Shown here: in pieces, positions 1-11,956 of the stretch
Layout of the letters: each line of letters starts with the position of its first letter
Numbering within the stretch: position 1 is the first letter of the stretch
Source: Vicugna vicugna
Taxonomy: Eukaryota
Length of the DNA: 64,000 bases
Assembly: GCA_013265495.1 (NCBI GenBank)
Contig: MU057887.1
Coordinates: 1,625,985-1,689,984, forward strand
Direction of reading: 5' to 3'
Translations under genes and position numbers: made by a program
Notes under the pieces: generated by a model
Seen by the model: the letters and a program-made list of their open reading frames with translations, nothing else
Told to the model about the DNA's origin: nothing
Database searches by the model: none

Positions 1-1179
1 TGTCTCCACCTTCCTTCTCCCTCTGTGGCGCTTACCTGTATCTGAGTGACTGTGCGCTGTCGTGGGAGCACCCTGGGGGCAGGCGGTCACCGGCTCCCTG
101 GCGCCTTTGCAGCCCCCGTGTGGGGCCTGGCCTGGGGCAGCTGCTCAGCCAGCGTCTGCTGAGTGACTTGAGTGAAGCAGGACTCAGGGCCGTCCGTGAC
201 TGTTTAAGACATCACCGTTTTGTGGGCTCTCCAGTGAGGACCACGCCTCAGAGCTTGGCTGTCCATAAGCAGGCCCTCAGCCAGCCTTTGATTCTGAGTT
301 TTTAAAAACCTTTCCTGCACTGTGGTGTAAAGCAGCCTGAACAGAATCCAGACACGGTGGTGTTGGTCCCAGGGACCCAGCTCTCTTTTGGCCATTCCTG
401 CATCTGTCCTCACCTCTGACCCGTCTGCCTTGGACCGCCCCACCCAGTTATCGCTTTAAACCTCAGCTTTACCCCTTGTTTGTCGTCTCTCTTTCCCTTA
501 CCAGTGGGGGCATTTTCATGGAGTCTCCCTGTCCCTTATGCAGAAGAGGTGACCTTTATGAGAACTCGGGGCTCTCGGGGAGGTCCTCCTATTTGGGGTC
601 CTCTTCAGGGCACATCCTGGGGCACCCCTCTGCCTGCCCCTCCCTGGCCTGTCCTGTGCTGTCCTGTCCTTTGTGTGGGTCCAGCCCTCTCCCTGGGTGT
701 GAGCCTCTGTTACATCACAGGGCTGGAAGCTGTGATGCTTCGTCAGTTCTCACTTATTTGTTCCTCCATCTGAGAGTCCCTCCTGGCTGCTCGATTGTGT
801 GATCACCAGGATGTGCACGGACTGGACTCAGAAGACACAGCTTGTGGTCTCCGCTATTGCCTGCTGGTAACAAATTAGGCCTTCCTAAGTTTCAGTTCTT
901 AGTTTGGAGGGTGATAAGATGCCATCATTTTCACAAGAAGTGTACTGAAATGTTTGGTTCTGTGATGGTAGCAGCCCAGACCTGCTATTCGGGGCAGCAG
1001 AAGTGGACTTGGACCTGTTTAAAGGTTTATTGGGTGACGTTGGTCAGCTGAGCACTCGGCGCTGAAGGAGCTCCTTCGCACTGGGCCTCCCCCGACGGCG
1101 CACCCACCTGCCTGGTACCTGGGCCCGGGGCGACCGTCCTGGTCCTTCCCACCTACACTCCCCCTCCCACCCCTTCCTC

Positions 1180-1950
1180 TTTGAACATCTGTCGAGAGAT
1201 ATCATTTACACACTGTACATTTCACCCATTTAAAGCGTACAATTCAGTGTTTTTAGTATATTCATCTACTTGTATGACCATCACCACCGTCAGTTTTAGA
1301 ACATTTTCACCACCACAGACAGAAGCCCAGTTCTCATCAGCAGTGGTTCCCCAGCCCCTCCTCCCCAGCCCCTCGCAACCACTAATTGACTTTTTGTTTC
1401 TGTAGATTTGCCTGTTCTGGACGTTTCACGTAAATGAAATTTTATGTGGGTCCTGGCTGACTGGCTTCTTACACTGAGCGTGACGTTTTCAAGGTTCATC
1501 CACGTTGGGAGTGTTCCTTTTTATGGCCCAATAATTAATGTTCCATTGTATGGCCGGGACATTTGATTCATCTGTTCATCAGCTGATGGACTTTTGGACT
1601 GTCCACATTTTGACTCTTATGAAACAACGCTCTGCAAGGCTTTTGTGTAGACGTGTGTTTCCATTTCTCTGGGTACATCCCTGGGAGTGGAATCGCAGGG
1701 TCATGTGGTGAATATTTGACTTTTTGAAAGACCTGCCAGGCTGTTTTCTTGAGAGGGGCAGGAGTTTTCTCTCCCGTCAGTGGTGTGCGAGTGTTTCAGT
1801 TTCTCTGCGTCCTCCCCAGCACGTTAGTTATCCTCAAACTTTCGCCTTCCTCCTGGCTGTGAAGTGGCATCTAATTGTGCTACTGATTTGCATCTCTCAG
1901 GTGGCTAGTGATGCTGAGCTTCCTTTTGAGAGATTTCTGTGTCCCGTGTA
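1180..1950 (-). mobile_element. Old L1 (L1MB-like) 3' end
   Basis: Minus-strand ORF MNLENVTLS...LVVARGWG resembles the L1 ORF2 end/3'UTR; typical cccatttaaagcgtacaattcagtg terminus. Confidence 0.8.
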
Positions 1951-3310
1951 GGAGGAACAGGGTGGGGGAGACTTGGACTTATCAGAATTGTGTCTTTGAG
2001 GGGTGCTCCAGGCACGGCACTCCTGGGCACTCGGTGCATATGAGACGGTGCTCCGGTAGCCGCGCCTGCAAACCCCTGCCCTCACAGAGCCAGAGCCAGG
2101 GTTAAAAAGCTGCAGCACATTTTGGACATTCAAAAAGGCACACAGATGACTGAGTACAGGGTTTGTGGAGCACGCACACGGTGGGAGCTGCTGTGTTCTT
2201 TTCCTGACCCAGCTCCTTCCCCCGCTTCCCCTGGTCACCTCGATTCTGGATTCGGAATTTCATGTGCTCTTTTCCCCCGCCGTGCCTGCGGGAGGGTGTT
2301 TGCCCATGCATGTAGGTATCCAGAAATGACGTATCATTTTGCATTAAGATCTTTCTGTAAGTGACGTTGTGCTGTGCGTGTTCAGCCTCTCAGCGTTACG
2401 TCGGTGAGCTTCCCCGTCCTGACGCCCGTGGCTGTAGTCCTTCGTGGTTGCTGTGGTTGGCGTTTCATTCTATGCGTGTGTCTAGTTCGTTTATTCACTG
2501 TTCCGTCGATAACGGACATCTGGATTTTTCCTAACCTTTTCTCTTTGGAGTGTAGCGGGCATCACCGAGCCTGTCTCCTTGTGTGCTTCTGCCAGCGTTT
2601 TGCCAGGGTGTAGGGCTGAAAGTGGAATTACGTCCTGTGGCTCTGCTTTTCATAAGGAATCATTAGGGTTCAGTAAATTACTGTAGTGTTTTAACGCAGT
2701 ATAATTTATTGAAAAGCTCATTGGTTGATGTACTTTTTAAAGAAAGATTTCATTATCTGAAATGAGGTAGGTGTGTTCTTTGCCACTGATTCTTTAAAAA
2801 CAGCTCTCGTTGAAGCCTGTTTTTCTTTTTAGCTGTGCAAGACCAAATCAAAATGTAGTTTTAATAAGATAAAATGAAGTTCCTTTCAGTCTGAGCTTGA
2901 ACTTTGCTGGGACATTTTCTGCTCAGTAAACGTAAGTGGTTTGCCCATGAAGAATGAATGAGTTTCCTGCTGTGCCGGGAGGGGGAGGCCTGCAGTCGTG
3001 GTAAGGCTGCAGACTCTGTGGAAGCAACCTGCGCGTGGCGGGCTGTGGACCAGCCTGCCCGCTGGCGTGAGCCGTGCACGTGCAACGGGGCATCGTGGGA
3101 GACGGCAGAGGCTCGGGGAGAGTCAGGCTGGTGGGACTGGGAAGTGCTGTCTGTAGGTCGCTTGGCCGTATTCTCGCTGCTGCTGTATGGTTCTCTCGTT
3201 CCATGCACGTTCTTCTTCCCATTTCTGGGATGAGGAAGCTAAAGCTCAGAACAATTACTTGCTTAATACTCTGTCAGCTTTGAAGTATTTGCAGTGAACC
3301 CAGGCCTTTT

Positions 3311-4032
3311 TTTTAAAAATTAAAAAAAAATTTTAAATTGAAGTATAGTAAGTTTACAATGTTGTGTTAGTTTCTGGTGCACATTACAGTGTTTCAGTTA
3401 TACACATGTATATATTCATATATATTCTTTTTCATATTTGTTTTCATTATAGGTTATTATAGGGTATTGAATATAATTCCCTGTGCTATACCTATTTTAT
3501 ATATAGTAGTTTGTGTCTGCTAATCCCGAACTTTTTATCTCCCCCACAACTGGTAACCATACGTTTATTTTCTATGCCTCTGATTCTCTTTCTGTTTTGT
3601 AAATAAGTTCATTGTGTCATTTTTTTTCAGATTCCACATGTAAGTGATACCATATGATACTTGTCTTTCTCTGTCTGACTTACTTCACTTAGTATGATAA
3701 TCTCTAGGTCCATCCATGTTGCTGCAAATGGCATTATTTCATTCCTTTTTATGGCTGAGTAATATTCCATTGTATATATATACCTCATCTTCTTTATCCA
3801 GTCATCTGTCGATGGACACTGAAGTTGCTTCCATGTCTTGGCTACTGTACATAGTGCTGCTGTGAACACTGAGGTGCATGTATCTTTTCGAATTACAGTT
3901 TTCTCCAGGTCTATGTCAGGAGTGGGATTGCTGGATCGAACAATAACTCTATTTTTAGTTTTTACAGGAATCTCCATGCTGTTTTCCATAGTGGCTGCAC
4001 CAATTTGCATTCCTACCAGCAGTGTAGGAATG
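3311..4032 (-). mobile_element. 5'-truncated L1 (artiodactyl-type), ORF2 C-terminus + 3'UTR, with 13-bp TSD
   Basis: ORF 3627..4010(-) ...[12 protein letters not shown]...WIKKMRYIYTMEYYSAIKRNEIMPFAATWMDLE is the L1 ORF2 C-terminus. Perfect TSD ACCCAGGCCTTTT at 3298-3310 and 4033-4045. Confidence 0.93.
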
Positions 4033-4309
4033 ACCCAGGCCTTTTGAGTTTTGAAACTGGAAGCTTCCTACCAAGGTCAGGAGAGCAACCATCAAATTTT
4101 AGGAAAGGGACCATGACGGATGGTTGGTACTTGACGTAGGTAGGCTGATACCTTTTTTTAGCGGAAAAAAAAAAAGAAAGAAAGAAAGAAAAAGAAAGTT
4201 CATGGGTGTCCCTGGGAAGTCTTGAAGGCTGGGGCCGAGATCAGAGGACGGCCGAGTCACTCGCATGTGTAGCGTTGGTGCTGGCTGTGCTGGGACCAGC
4301 CTGTATTTG

Positions 4310-5725
4310 ACAAATACAGTATTTGTCTTTCTCTGCCTGACTTATTTCACTAAGCTTAATGCCCTCCAGGTCCATCCAGGTTGTTGCAAATGACAAAAAA
4401 TACCATTCTTTTTTAAGGCTGAGTAGGTTGCAGCTTTATTCTTTTGCACGTGGATATCTCGTTGTCCCAGCACCGTTTACTGAAAAACAGCTCTTTCTCC
4501 ATTGAAGGGTCTTGGTGCCCTTATAGAAAATCGATTGACTGTAAATGTGTGGACTCTGGGCTCTCAGTTCTGTTCCATCGATCTCTGTGTTGATCCTGAT
4601 GCCAGTACCATACTGACCTGATTACTGAATCTTTTAGTGAGTTTTGATATCTGTTGGTGTGAGTCCTCCAACTTTATTCTTTTTCAAGATTGTCTTAACC
4701 TGGTCCTCCTGGGCCCCTTGCGTTCCTGTATGAATTTCAGGGTCATCTTTCCAGTTTTCTGCACAGAAGCTGGCTGGTGTTTGGGTAGGGATTGCGTTGA
4801 CTCTGTACTGAATTTGGGGAGTCTTAACAATGTTAAGTCTTCTAATACACAAACATGAGTATCTTTCCATCGATTTAGGCTTTCTTTAATTTCTTTCAAC
4901 AGTATTTTTTAGTTTTCAGAATATCATTTTTATACATCTTTTCTTAATCTGTTCCTAAACGTATCATTCTTTTTGGTGCTATTATAAGTGGAATTGTTTT
5001 CTTAACTTCGTTTCTGGATTGTTCATTGACAGTGTTTAGAAATGCCACAGATATTTTTATGATCAAATACAAATCTTGTGTCTTAAAACCTTGCTGAGTT
5101 TGCTTTTTAGCTCTTACCCTTTTTTAGTGGCTTCCTTAGTATTTTCTGTATGAAAGTATACCATCACGTTAGATAGTTTTACTTCTTCCTTTCTGACCGG
5201 GGTGCCGTTTATTTCTCACTCTTGCCTAATTGCCCTGCCTGGCACCTCAGTACGACACTGGGTAAAAGTGGTGAGAGTGGGCGTGCTTGTCTTGTTCCTG
5301 ATCTCAGGGAAGACCTTTAGTCTTTCACCCTCAAGTATGGTGTTAGCGATGGGTTTTTTGTAGATGTCCTTATTAGGATAAGGACATTTCCTTCTATTTC
5401 CAGTTTCTTGAGCATTTTTATTATGAAAGGAAGTGCTGAATTTTGTCAAGGGCTTTTTCTGCAGCTACTGAAGCCATCCTGTAGTTTTGTCCTTTCCCTA
5501 TTGGGATTTTTGGTTATTTAGCCAACCTTGCATTCCTTGGATAAATCCCACTTGGTTAAGGCGTGTAGTCCTTTTTTTATGTTGCTGGATTTGGTTTGCT
5601 AGTATTTTGTTGAGGACTTTGTGGGTGTGTTTATGAGATGTTGGTCTATAGTTTTCTTCTCTTGTGATGTCCTATTTGGTTTTCGTATCAGGATAATGCT
5701 GGCCTCATAGAATTAGCTGGGAAGT
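4310..5725 (-). mobile_element. Degenerate L1 ORF2 fragments
   Basis: Minus-strand peptides RLNIVKT..YRVNAIP, ILKKNKVGGLT.PD and IYKKPIANTILEGERLKVFP are L1 ORF2-like; multiple frameshifts. Confidence 0.88.
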
Positions 5726-6624
5726 GGGCAGGCTCCTGCTCCTCTCCCCTTTACAGGACAGCTCTGCTGCTTCTGCCTCTGTGTTTCTAGGTAAAAGTTC
5801 TTTTGGAAAGTTGGTTTACTGCTAAAACAGCCCTCTTCACACACAGATGAAACCTCACAGGACAACAAAACTGGGGCTGCATGTACCAACACGGACACGT
5901 GAAAGGCACCTTGAGAGAAAGGAAAGTTGCAGGAAGATATATAAAGATACGTATATAATATAACACAAACTTTACAAATGGGCAGAATAATATCATATGT
6001 TGCCTAGAGATCCAGAGTCTTCAGTGAAAGAGTAAACACTTAGATAAGAATTACGAATGTCAGATTCAGGTTGGTAGGGTTTCAACTCTCTTGTATGACA
6101 AAGTGATAGCATTCGATGGGCCCAGAATCACTCTTTGTTGTTTGTGTGGGTATTTTTCATGGTCTTTGTGCCATTAAGCCGGCCTTGCAACCTGCCAGCC
6201 GGCTGTGACCTCAGACAGGCCCCTTAAGCTCCCTGTCTGTCAGCGTCTCCATCCTCACCGCAGGGCTCATCGTGTCTGCCTGTTGGGTTGTGCAGATGGA
6301 AGGAGTGAACACCCTGAGTTTAGAATAACTCAGATCTAGGTCTCTGATGACTCCAACTGTGACGTTCTGTGTTTTATTGTCTGTGGGATTTCACGCTGAA
6401 GGACAAGCAGGGGTTGGGAGCAGATTTGGAGTCTGCGAGGAGAGGTGGAGGCTGAGCGGTGGGTGCACGGTGGGGTGGGCATAGCGGGGTGGGCACGGTG
6501 TTGTCCCTTCCCCCTCCTGTGGGTTCATGCCTTTGGTGGAAGCTCCCCACCCAGACCTGCACCTCGCCCAGCGTCCCTCCCCATGGGACATGCAGCGGTC
6601 CCGTCCTCATCACCTGTCATGTCA

Positions 6625-6838
6625 CAGTGACACGTGGTCTGTCCATGGGTTTGAATGGCATGGGGTTGCTTACGTGTGCGTGCTTTTCAGTGGTAAATAC
6701 TAGAGTCCTGTGCCATCTGTGGATGGGGAACTGCAGTTGTGGAGAGCTGTGGATGTGGAGGGCCGACTAGAAGTGACACTCAGATTTTCTAGTGCGGGGC
6801 AGTCGGCACCCCCATGCCATGGGCTCCAGGGTCAGCTC
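6625..6838. mobile_element. MER8/Tigger2-like non-autonomous DNA transposon
   Basis: ATGGGTTTGAA..., GTGGATGTGGAGGGCCGACT and GTCGGCACCCC...AGGGTCAGCT resemble the recalled MER8 consensus. Confidence 0.6.
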
Positions 6839-7107
6839 TGTGAGCCTACGGCCTCTGTACCTGCATTCTTCATGTCCCAGGCGTTCTAGGACTTTATCCT
6901 CAAGAAGTCCTCACATGTGTGACAGTGTTGTCCCCAGAGAAGTTGATTGCTGTTTTCATCATCACAAAAAACTTCAAACAAGTTAAATGTCTCACAGTCA
7001 ATGTTGGTTAAACGAATCACGGTGTCACCATCTGGTGGGACACTGTGAAGTTAGAGGTGAAGTTGTCCAGGGGGATGTCACAGGCAGTGATGATGTTGCA
7101 GCCAAGT

Positions 7108-7182
7108 GTGTTACAGCTCGGTGTGACAGCTCGGTGTGACAGCTCAGTGTGACAGCTCGGTGTGACAGCTCAGTGTGACAGC
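7108..7182. repeat. 13-bp tandem repeat GTGTGACAGCTCR, about 5.8 copies
   Basis: Units start at 7108, 7121, 7134, 7147, 7160 and 7173. Confidence 0.95.
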
Positions 7183-7626
7183 AACCTGGATCCAGGCAAG
7201 AGACTAGGCAGCATTCGGAGGGTGGAGAACTCAGGTTTACTATATGCTGGCGGTCCCAGAGAAGTTAACACTCCAAGCTCTGTAGGTTTACATAGGCGTT
7301 TATAGGCTACCAGTCTAGACTTTGCAACATTTTGCAACATGATATGCAAATAAGGTATAACAAATGGACCAGTCAGGAGTGATTGAAATGGACCAATCAG
7401 GAGTAAGCTTTATGGAAATGAGGTGTTAGAAATGGACCAATCAGGAGTGAGCTTTAGGAACCAATAGATTCTTAGGGGTAAGTTCCGTTCTCCTAGAAGC
7501 AAGCCGTTTTACAGAAGCAAAAAGCAAGATAATACCACTGGGTCAGGGAACTGGATGGCACTGGTGGGAAAGTAGTGTCCCTGCCTGGGGGTCCTGCCGG
7601 TTTTTTTCATGGGGCTTCCCACCTCA
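7109..7626 (-). mobile_element. ERV solo LTR (about 518 bp), antisense to the gene
   Basis: TG...CA ends. Reading the minus strand: CCAAT-box repeats, octamer, TATAAA (7304-7299), then AGTAAA (7241-7236), i.e. U3-R-U5 order. TSD not clearly resolved. Confidence 0.72.
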
Positions 7627-8029
7627 GTGAGGTAACTGGTACTCATCACACTGATTTTTAAAAACTTTTGAAACTCGGAAATAGTTATAGATTTCAGGAG
7701 TTGCAGAGAAATGTACGGGGAAATCGCCTGTGTCCTCATTATTGTTTTAAAATGTATGTTAACTGCATGTATTTTTTGTGTATATCACACAATATGTGTA
7801 AAGTCAATAAATGCGTCTAAGTAAATTGGAGTGCAGTAATATGGGAAGGTAGTCATGATGTGTTACTAGGTAAACGAGGTCAGTTTCAGTCTGTTTTAAG
7901 AAGCTAAGAAGACATTCATCTATATACTAACAGCTCTGTGTCTGCGGTTTTCTGTTTTCTGTTTATTTTGCTCTCCGTCTGTGTTTATCTTTACACACAC
8001 TCACCGTACAAGCTTCTGCATTAGAGTGT

Positions 8030-8460
8030 TACAGTGGTTGTCTGTTCCACGTGGACCGCGTCGGGACTGGCCGCTGGTGGCTTACACAAGCAGGGGTTTG
8101 TTTATTTCCTGTAAATGAAAGTCTGAGGGAGGTGGTCCAGCTTGGGCTGGCGGCCCCCAAAGCCACCCGAGACCTGGCCCCGTCCCCATCTCCTGACCCT
8201 GCCATCCCCCGTGGGAGGCTTTATTTCTCATGCTCATTTCTCCTGGCGGCGGACGGCTGAGGGGCCTCTCGGTCTCCTGCTTGTGCTCCAGGCAGGATGA
8301 CGGGGAAAGCTCAGGGCCAGGGCTGTGCTGGGCCAGCCTTTCTCCGTCTCTCAGGCCCAGAAGATCCTCGTTTATTTCAGACTGGCCTGCTCCGGGTCAT
8401 GTGACCACGTGGCTGGTGGTGGGGAGGGGCGGCGGTGGGGTTGCTCAGCTGACAGTCCTG
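8030..8460. mobile_element. Old MaLR LTR (MLT1J/K-like) relic
   Basis: GTGGCTTACACAAG...TTTATTT...AAAGTCTGAGGGAGGTGGTCCAG and ATTTCAGACTGGCC...GGGTCATGTGACCAC resemble MLT1 motifs. Confidence 0.45.
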
Positions 8461-8559
8461 GGTGTCTGCCACGCATGTTGTTTTGTTTCCATCTAGTTCC
8501 CAAATGTACTCTGATGAACACAGACTTTCACAATGAGACCATCAAGTCTTAAAAAAATA

Positions 8560-8612
8560 TGTATGTGTGTGTATATATACATATACATATACGTATACAT
8601 ATACATACATAT
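8560..8612. repeat. (TG)/(TA)/(TACA) compound microsatellite
   Basis: gtatgtgtgtgtatatatacatatacatatacgtatacatatacatacat. Confidence 0.85.
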
Positions 8613-9049
8613 TTATTTACCTTTTCATAACTCTAGTCCATCTTCAGACAGAATGGGACCAGGAGAGAATTTCCAGACGGGCCTTTCATCGTCAGTCTTT
8701 CAGTCCTGCCTGTGACCCCTGGTCTGAGAGCAGAGGCTGCGGGCACCTCACCGAGGTGGGGCCGCTCCCCGCAGCCTGTCCCTAGTCGGTGCCCGAGGCT
8801 CTGCGGGGAGGCTGTCAGAGCCGTGGGTCCCTGCACTGGGCCCAGCCACAGGGAGGCTGAATGCCCTTCTTGTTTGGGATGTGGTCTTGGATGGCGCCCC
8901 TCTGCCTTCCCAGATGGGCCCCTGGGCCCCGCAGTGGCCCGAGTTGCTCCCTGAGTGTGGGTTCTGAGGAGCTGGTCGCCTCCCGGAGTGAGTGGGGGTC
9001 CCAGGAGAGCTGCAGAGAGGCTAATTGTCTTCTCTTTCTCTCCAAGCAG

Positions 9050-9106
9050 CATCCGGCACGTGTACGGTGCCCAGCACCCCCCCTTTGACCCCCTGCTCCA
9101 CGGCAC
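9050..9106 (+). CDS. TBC1D22A: TBC1D22A coding exon 2 (57 nt; (S)IRHVYGAQHPPFDPLLHG(T))
   Basis: Branch-like CTAAT at 9021-9025, pyrimidine tract, AAGCAG acceptor and GTAAGT donor at 9107. Translation matches the recalled human N-terminus SIQHVYGAQHPPFDPLLHGT. Ends in phase 2, joining exon 3 (AC|T = Thr). Confidence 0.95.
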
Positions 9107-9643
9107 GTAAGTGATGGCCCACCTCTCACCAGGCTCTCCCCAGGCTTGTTCTAGGGGGGCTGCGGTGGCCCTCCAGCTCCCTGGGATTCCTGCGGGGGAG
9201 GCAAGTGGCCTTCCATTCAGCAAACATGTCCCAGAATGGGAGCCAGTGTGGGAGAGTGGCGCCCCAGGCTGGACGTAGGGCCTGGCTCTGCCGGTGGTCA
9301 CTTTACTTGCCTTACTCTCCGCTGCGCCCCCCATGCAGCGCCCCTCCGCTGGCTCTGCCCCCTGCCTGGGCTCTTCCCCCAGAGGTGGGCGAGGGGATGC
9401 AGGGGCCCCTCAGGACCGCGCCTGTTGGTTGAGTCTCTGACTGTGGTGGGGCCAGTGTTGAGGGTCGTCCTGCCGTGGGGGAGCCTGGAATTGTACCGTA
9501 TCCAGACCCACCTGCCAGGGGCCTGTTCCTGTAAACAGCCTCTCCCCGATCCCCAGCTGCTGCCCGGGGAGGTCTGCAGAGGTGTTGGGCTGAGAGCGGG
9601 GGTTTGGGGGCTCCCATAACACGAGGCTGGGGGTTGGGTATGA

Positions 9644-9690
9644 GCACCCTCATAGTGTGGTGCTGCACCCTCATAGTGCGGTGCTGCACC
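9644..9690. repeat. 21-bp tandem duplication, 2.2 copies, in intron 2
   Basis: GCACCCTCATAGTGTGGTGCT / GCACCCTCATAGTGCGGTGCT / GCACC. Confidence 0.9.
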
Positions 9691-9910
9691 GTCTGCAGGG
9701 CAGAGACTCCCAGTGGGACCCTCCCCCAAATCTCTCCTCCCTTCTGGTCACGGCCGCTTGTGAACTCTGCCCGGGCTCTGTCGAAGGTCTCTGGGTTGTG
9801 TCTGCGCTTTGACCTCACCCTCAGCTCTCGTCCAGGGTTCCTCTCTGACGGTCTTGGGGGGACCCTTCTCCACCCCCAGGACACCAGTAAAGGCTGCCTT
9901 TGCTTTGCAG

Positions 9911-10251
9911 TGTGCTCAAGGCCGCGCCCAAGGTGCCCACCACACCGCTGAAGGCCAAGAGAGTCAGCACCTTCCAGGAGTTTGAGAGCAACACCAGCGA
10001 TGCCTGGGATGCTGGCGAGGACGAGGACGAGCTCCTGGCACTGGCGGCGGGGAGCCTGGGCTCCGCCGTGGTCATGGAGACGGCCCGCCGCGTGCTGCGC
10101 GACCACAGCCAGCGCCAGGGGCGCCCCAAGCTGCCTGAGGCCCTGGGGCCCGAGCCCCGGCCCCAGCCTTCCACGGAGCCTCCCCCAGCCTCGAGTGGTG
10201 ACCTCCGGCTGGTGAAGTCCGTCAGCGAGAGCCACACATCCTGCCCCGCAG
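9911..10251 (+). CDS. TBC1D22A: TBC1D22A coding exon 3 (341 nt; VLKAAPKVPTTPLKAKRVSTFQEFESNTSDAWDAGED...VVMETARRVLRDH...LVKSVSESHTSCPA)
   Basis: Acceptor TGCTTTGCAG ending at 9910; donor G|GTGGGA at 10252. Lies within ORF 9900..10667. KAKRVSTFQEFESNTSDAWDAGED and GDLRLVKSVSESHTSCPA match recalled TBC1D22A. Confidence 0.97.
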
Positions 10252-11194
10252 GTGGGAGAGGGCTGCAGGGACCCTGTGTTTCTGGCAGAAGGAGGAGCTG
10301 GAGACCTCTCACTGTGGGGTGGGAACGAACAGGGGTCCCTGCCCTCCAAGGCTCTCAGATCGCAGTGGTGGGGGTCCTGCACCCTCTCTCTGTGCCCCCC
10401 CGAGCTAAGCACATCTCCCCTCCAGATGGAGTGGTAGGTGGAGCTTTTGTGGGCTGCTTGGGGGACCCTGCCCTTTTGAGGATATCCTGGCTGCTCCAGG
10501 GGGATGTTCCAGTGGAAGGGCCGGGCCAGCCGCACGTTCAGGGGCTCGGCCTCCTCGGGCCGCTTCTGGTGATTCCCTCCAGGGACACACACGGGCTCAG
10601 GGTCAGGAGGGACGGGGGCTCCTCTCCGGAATTGCCGGGTTCAGACCCAAGGTCTTCTAGGGCTTAGGGCGCCCTCCCCTCACGGCAGATAAGAGAGCGA
10701 GGTCGTCGTCATGGCCTCAGATCGCCCCCTCCCCGGTGGGTGCAGAACTAGGTTTCGTACTTAGGTCCAGTTTTCAAAAACTAGAAATTGCCGTATTTCA
10801 AAAACTTTCCAGGAATTAACTTCTAAAATGTCACAATCTTCTTAGGTGAGAATCCTATGAATTATTTCATTTGGTCAGTTTTTGTGTTGGAATCTAAACT
10901 ATTTTTTTTCAATGGTGTGAACTTTAAAGTATTTGAGCTTAAAAATGGAAGGAGGTCCAGGTAGGGCTTTTACAGTTGATGGAAATTTCTGTGACTAGTG
11001 ACAGGCACGCCCGCTGACTGCCTCCTGTGTGCCCGGCCCGGTGCGCTCGGCCCCTGTGACTCGGCGTCCCCAGGCACCCTGGGTTCTGGCTGCTGGTGGG
11101 CTCTGCTGACGCCACAGCCTGCGAGGCACAGAGGCGGCTGCTCAGGCCGCTAGGCAGTTTCTGGCGGTGGTCGGCGCACGCCTGGAGGTGGGGG

Positions 11195-11515
11195 GTCCTC
11201 TTGGCTGAGAGTGGTCAGAAATTTGTCTCACAGTCTGGAGGCTGGAAATCCGAAGTCAGAGTGCTGGCAGGGTTGGGTTCTGGGGGAGCTCTCCTGGGTT
11301 GCAGATGGCCACTGTCTCATCACAGCCTCAGGTGGTGGAGAGCTGAGGGTGAGGAAGCTGTCTCGTGGCTCCTGTAAGGGCGCCGATCCCATTCGCAAGG
11401 GCTCCACCCTCCTGACCTCCAGTCACCTCCCCCAGGCCCTCCTGATGCCACCCTGTGGTGGGGGTAGGGCCTCAGCGTATGTATGTGGGGGGGACACACA
11501 ACATTCAGTCTGTGG
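11195..11515. mobile_element. MaLR LTR (MLT1A/B-like)
   Basis: CAGAAATTTGTCTCACAGTCTGGAGGCTGGAAATCCGAAGTCAG...GGGCTCCACCCTCCTGACCT...GGGGGGACACACAACATTCAGTC, hallmark MLT1A/B motifs. Confidence 0.8.
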
Positions 11516-11739
11516 TGTGTGGTGTATGGGGGGACCCTGACCGGAGGCAAGACTGGGCGGCATCCAGCCAGGGTGGGAGCCTTGGCATGTCACGCTAGGA
11601 CGGCCTCCTCCTGTGAGAGCGTAGTGAAGGACGCTCCCCGCAGCTTGTGCCAGGGGAGGAGCCTCCTGCCCACGCCTGCCTGGGAGGTGGCCCCCTTTCC
11701 TTTGCCTGCTTTCCAGGCAAGCCTCGTGAGTCCTGCATT

Positions 11740-11900
11740 TATAATACTAATGGTTAGCATTTATCGATCACTCACTGTGTTGGCCAGTACCCTAGCAAGG
11801 CCTTGGGGTTCATGAACTCGTTACAGTCTGCGCAGCCCTGGGAAATGTGTGCAGGTTAGGGGCGGGGCAGTGCAGAGCTTTCCCAGGGCCGCGCCTCACG
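11740..11900. mobile_element. MIR fragment
   Basis: ATAATACTAATGGTTAGCATTTATCGATCACTCACTGTGTTGGCCAGTACC resembles the reverse complement of the MIR 3' end. Confidence 0.55.
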
Positions 11901-11956
11901 CCCAGGGCGCCAGACCCCAGAGGCCCTGCTCTTAGCACTGGCCTCGTCGGCCTAGA

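Noticed and set aside
9312..10592. 426-aa minus-strand ORF
   Set aside because: Antisense shadow of GC-rich exon 3 and its flanks; no recognisable domain and non-ATG start.
10252..10667. Exon 3 frame stays open about 138 codons into intron 3
   Set aside because: Similarity to TBC1D22A ends at the GT donor; open frames are common at this GC content.
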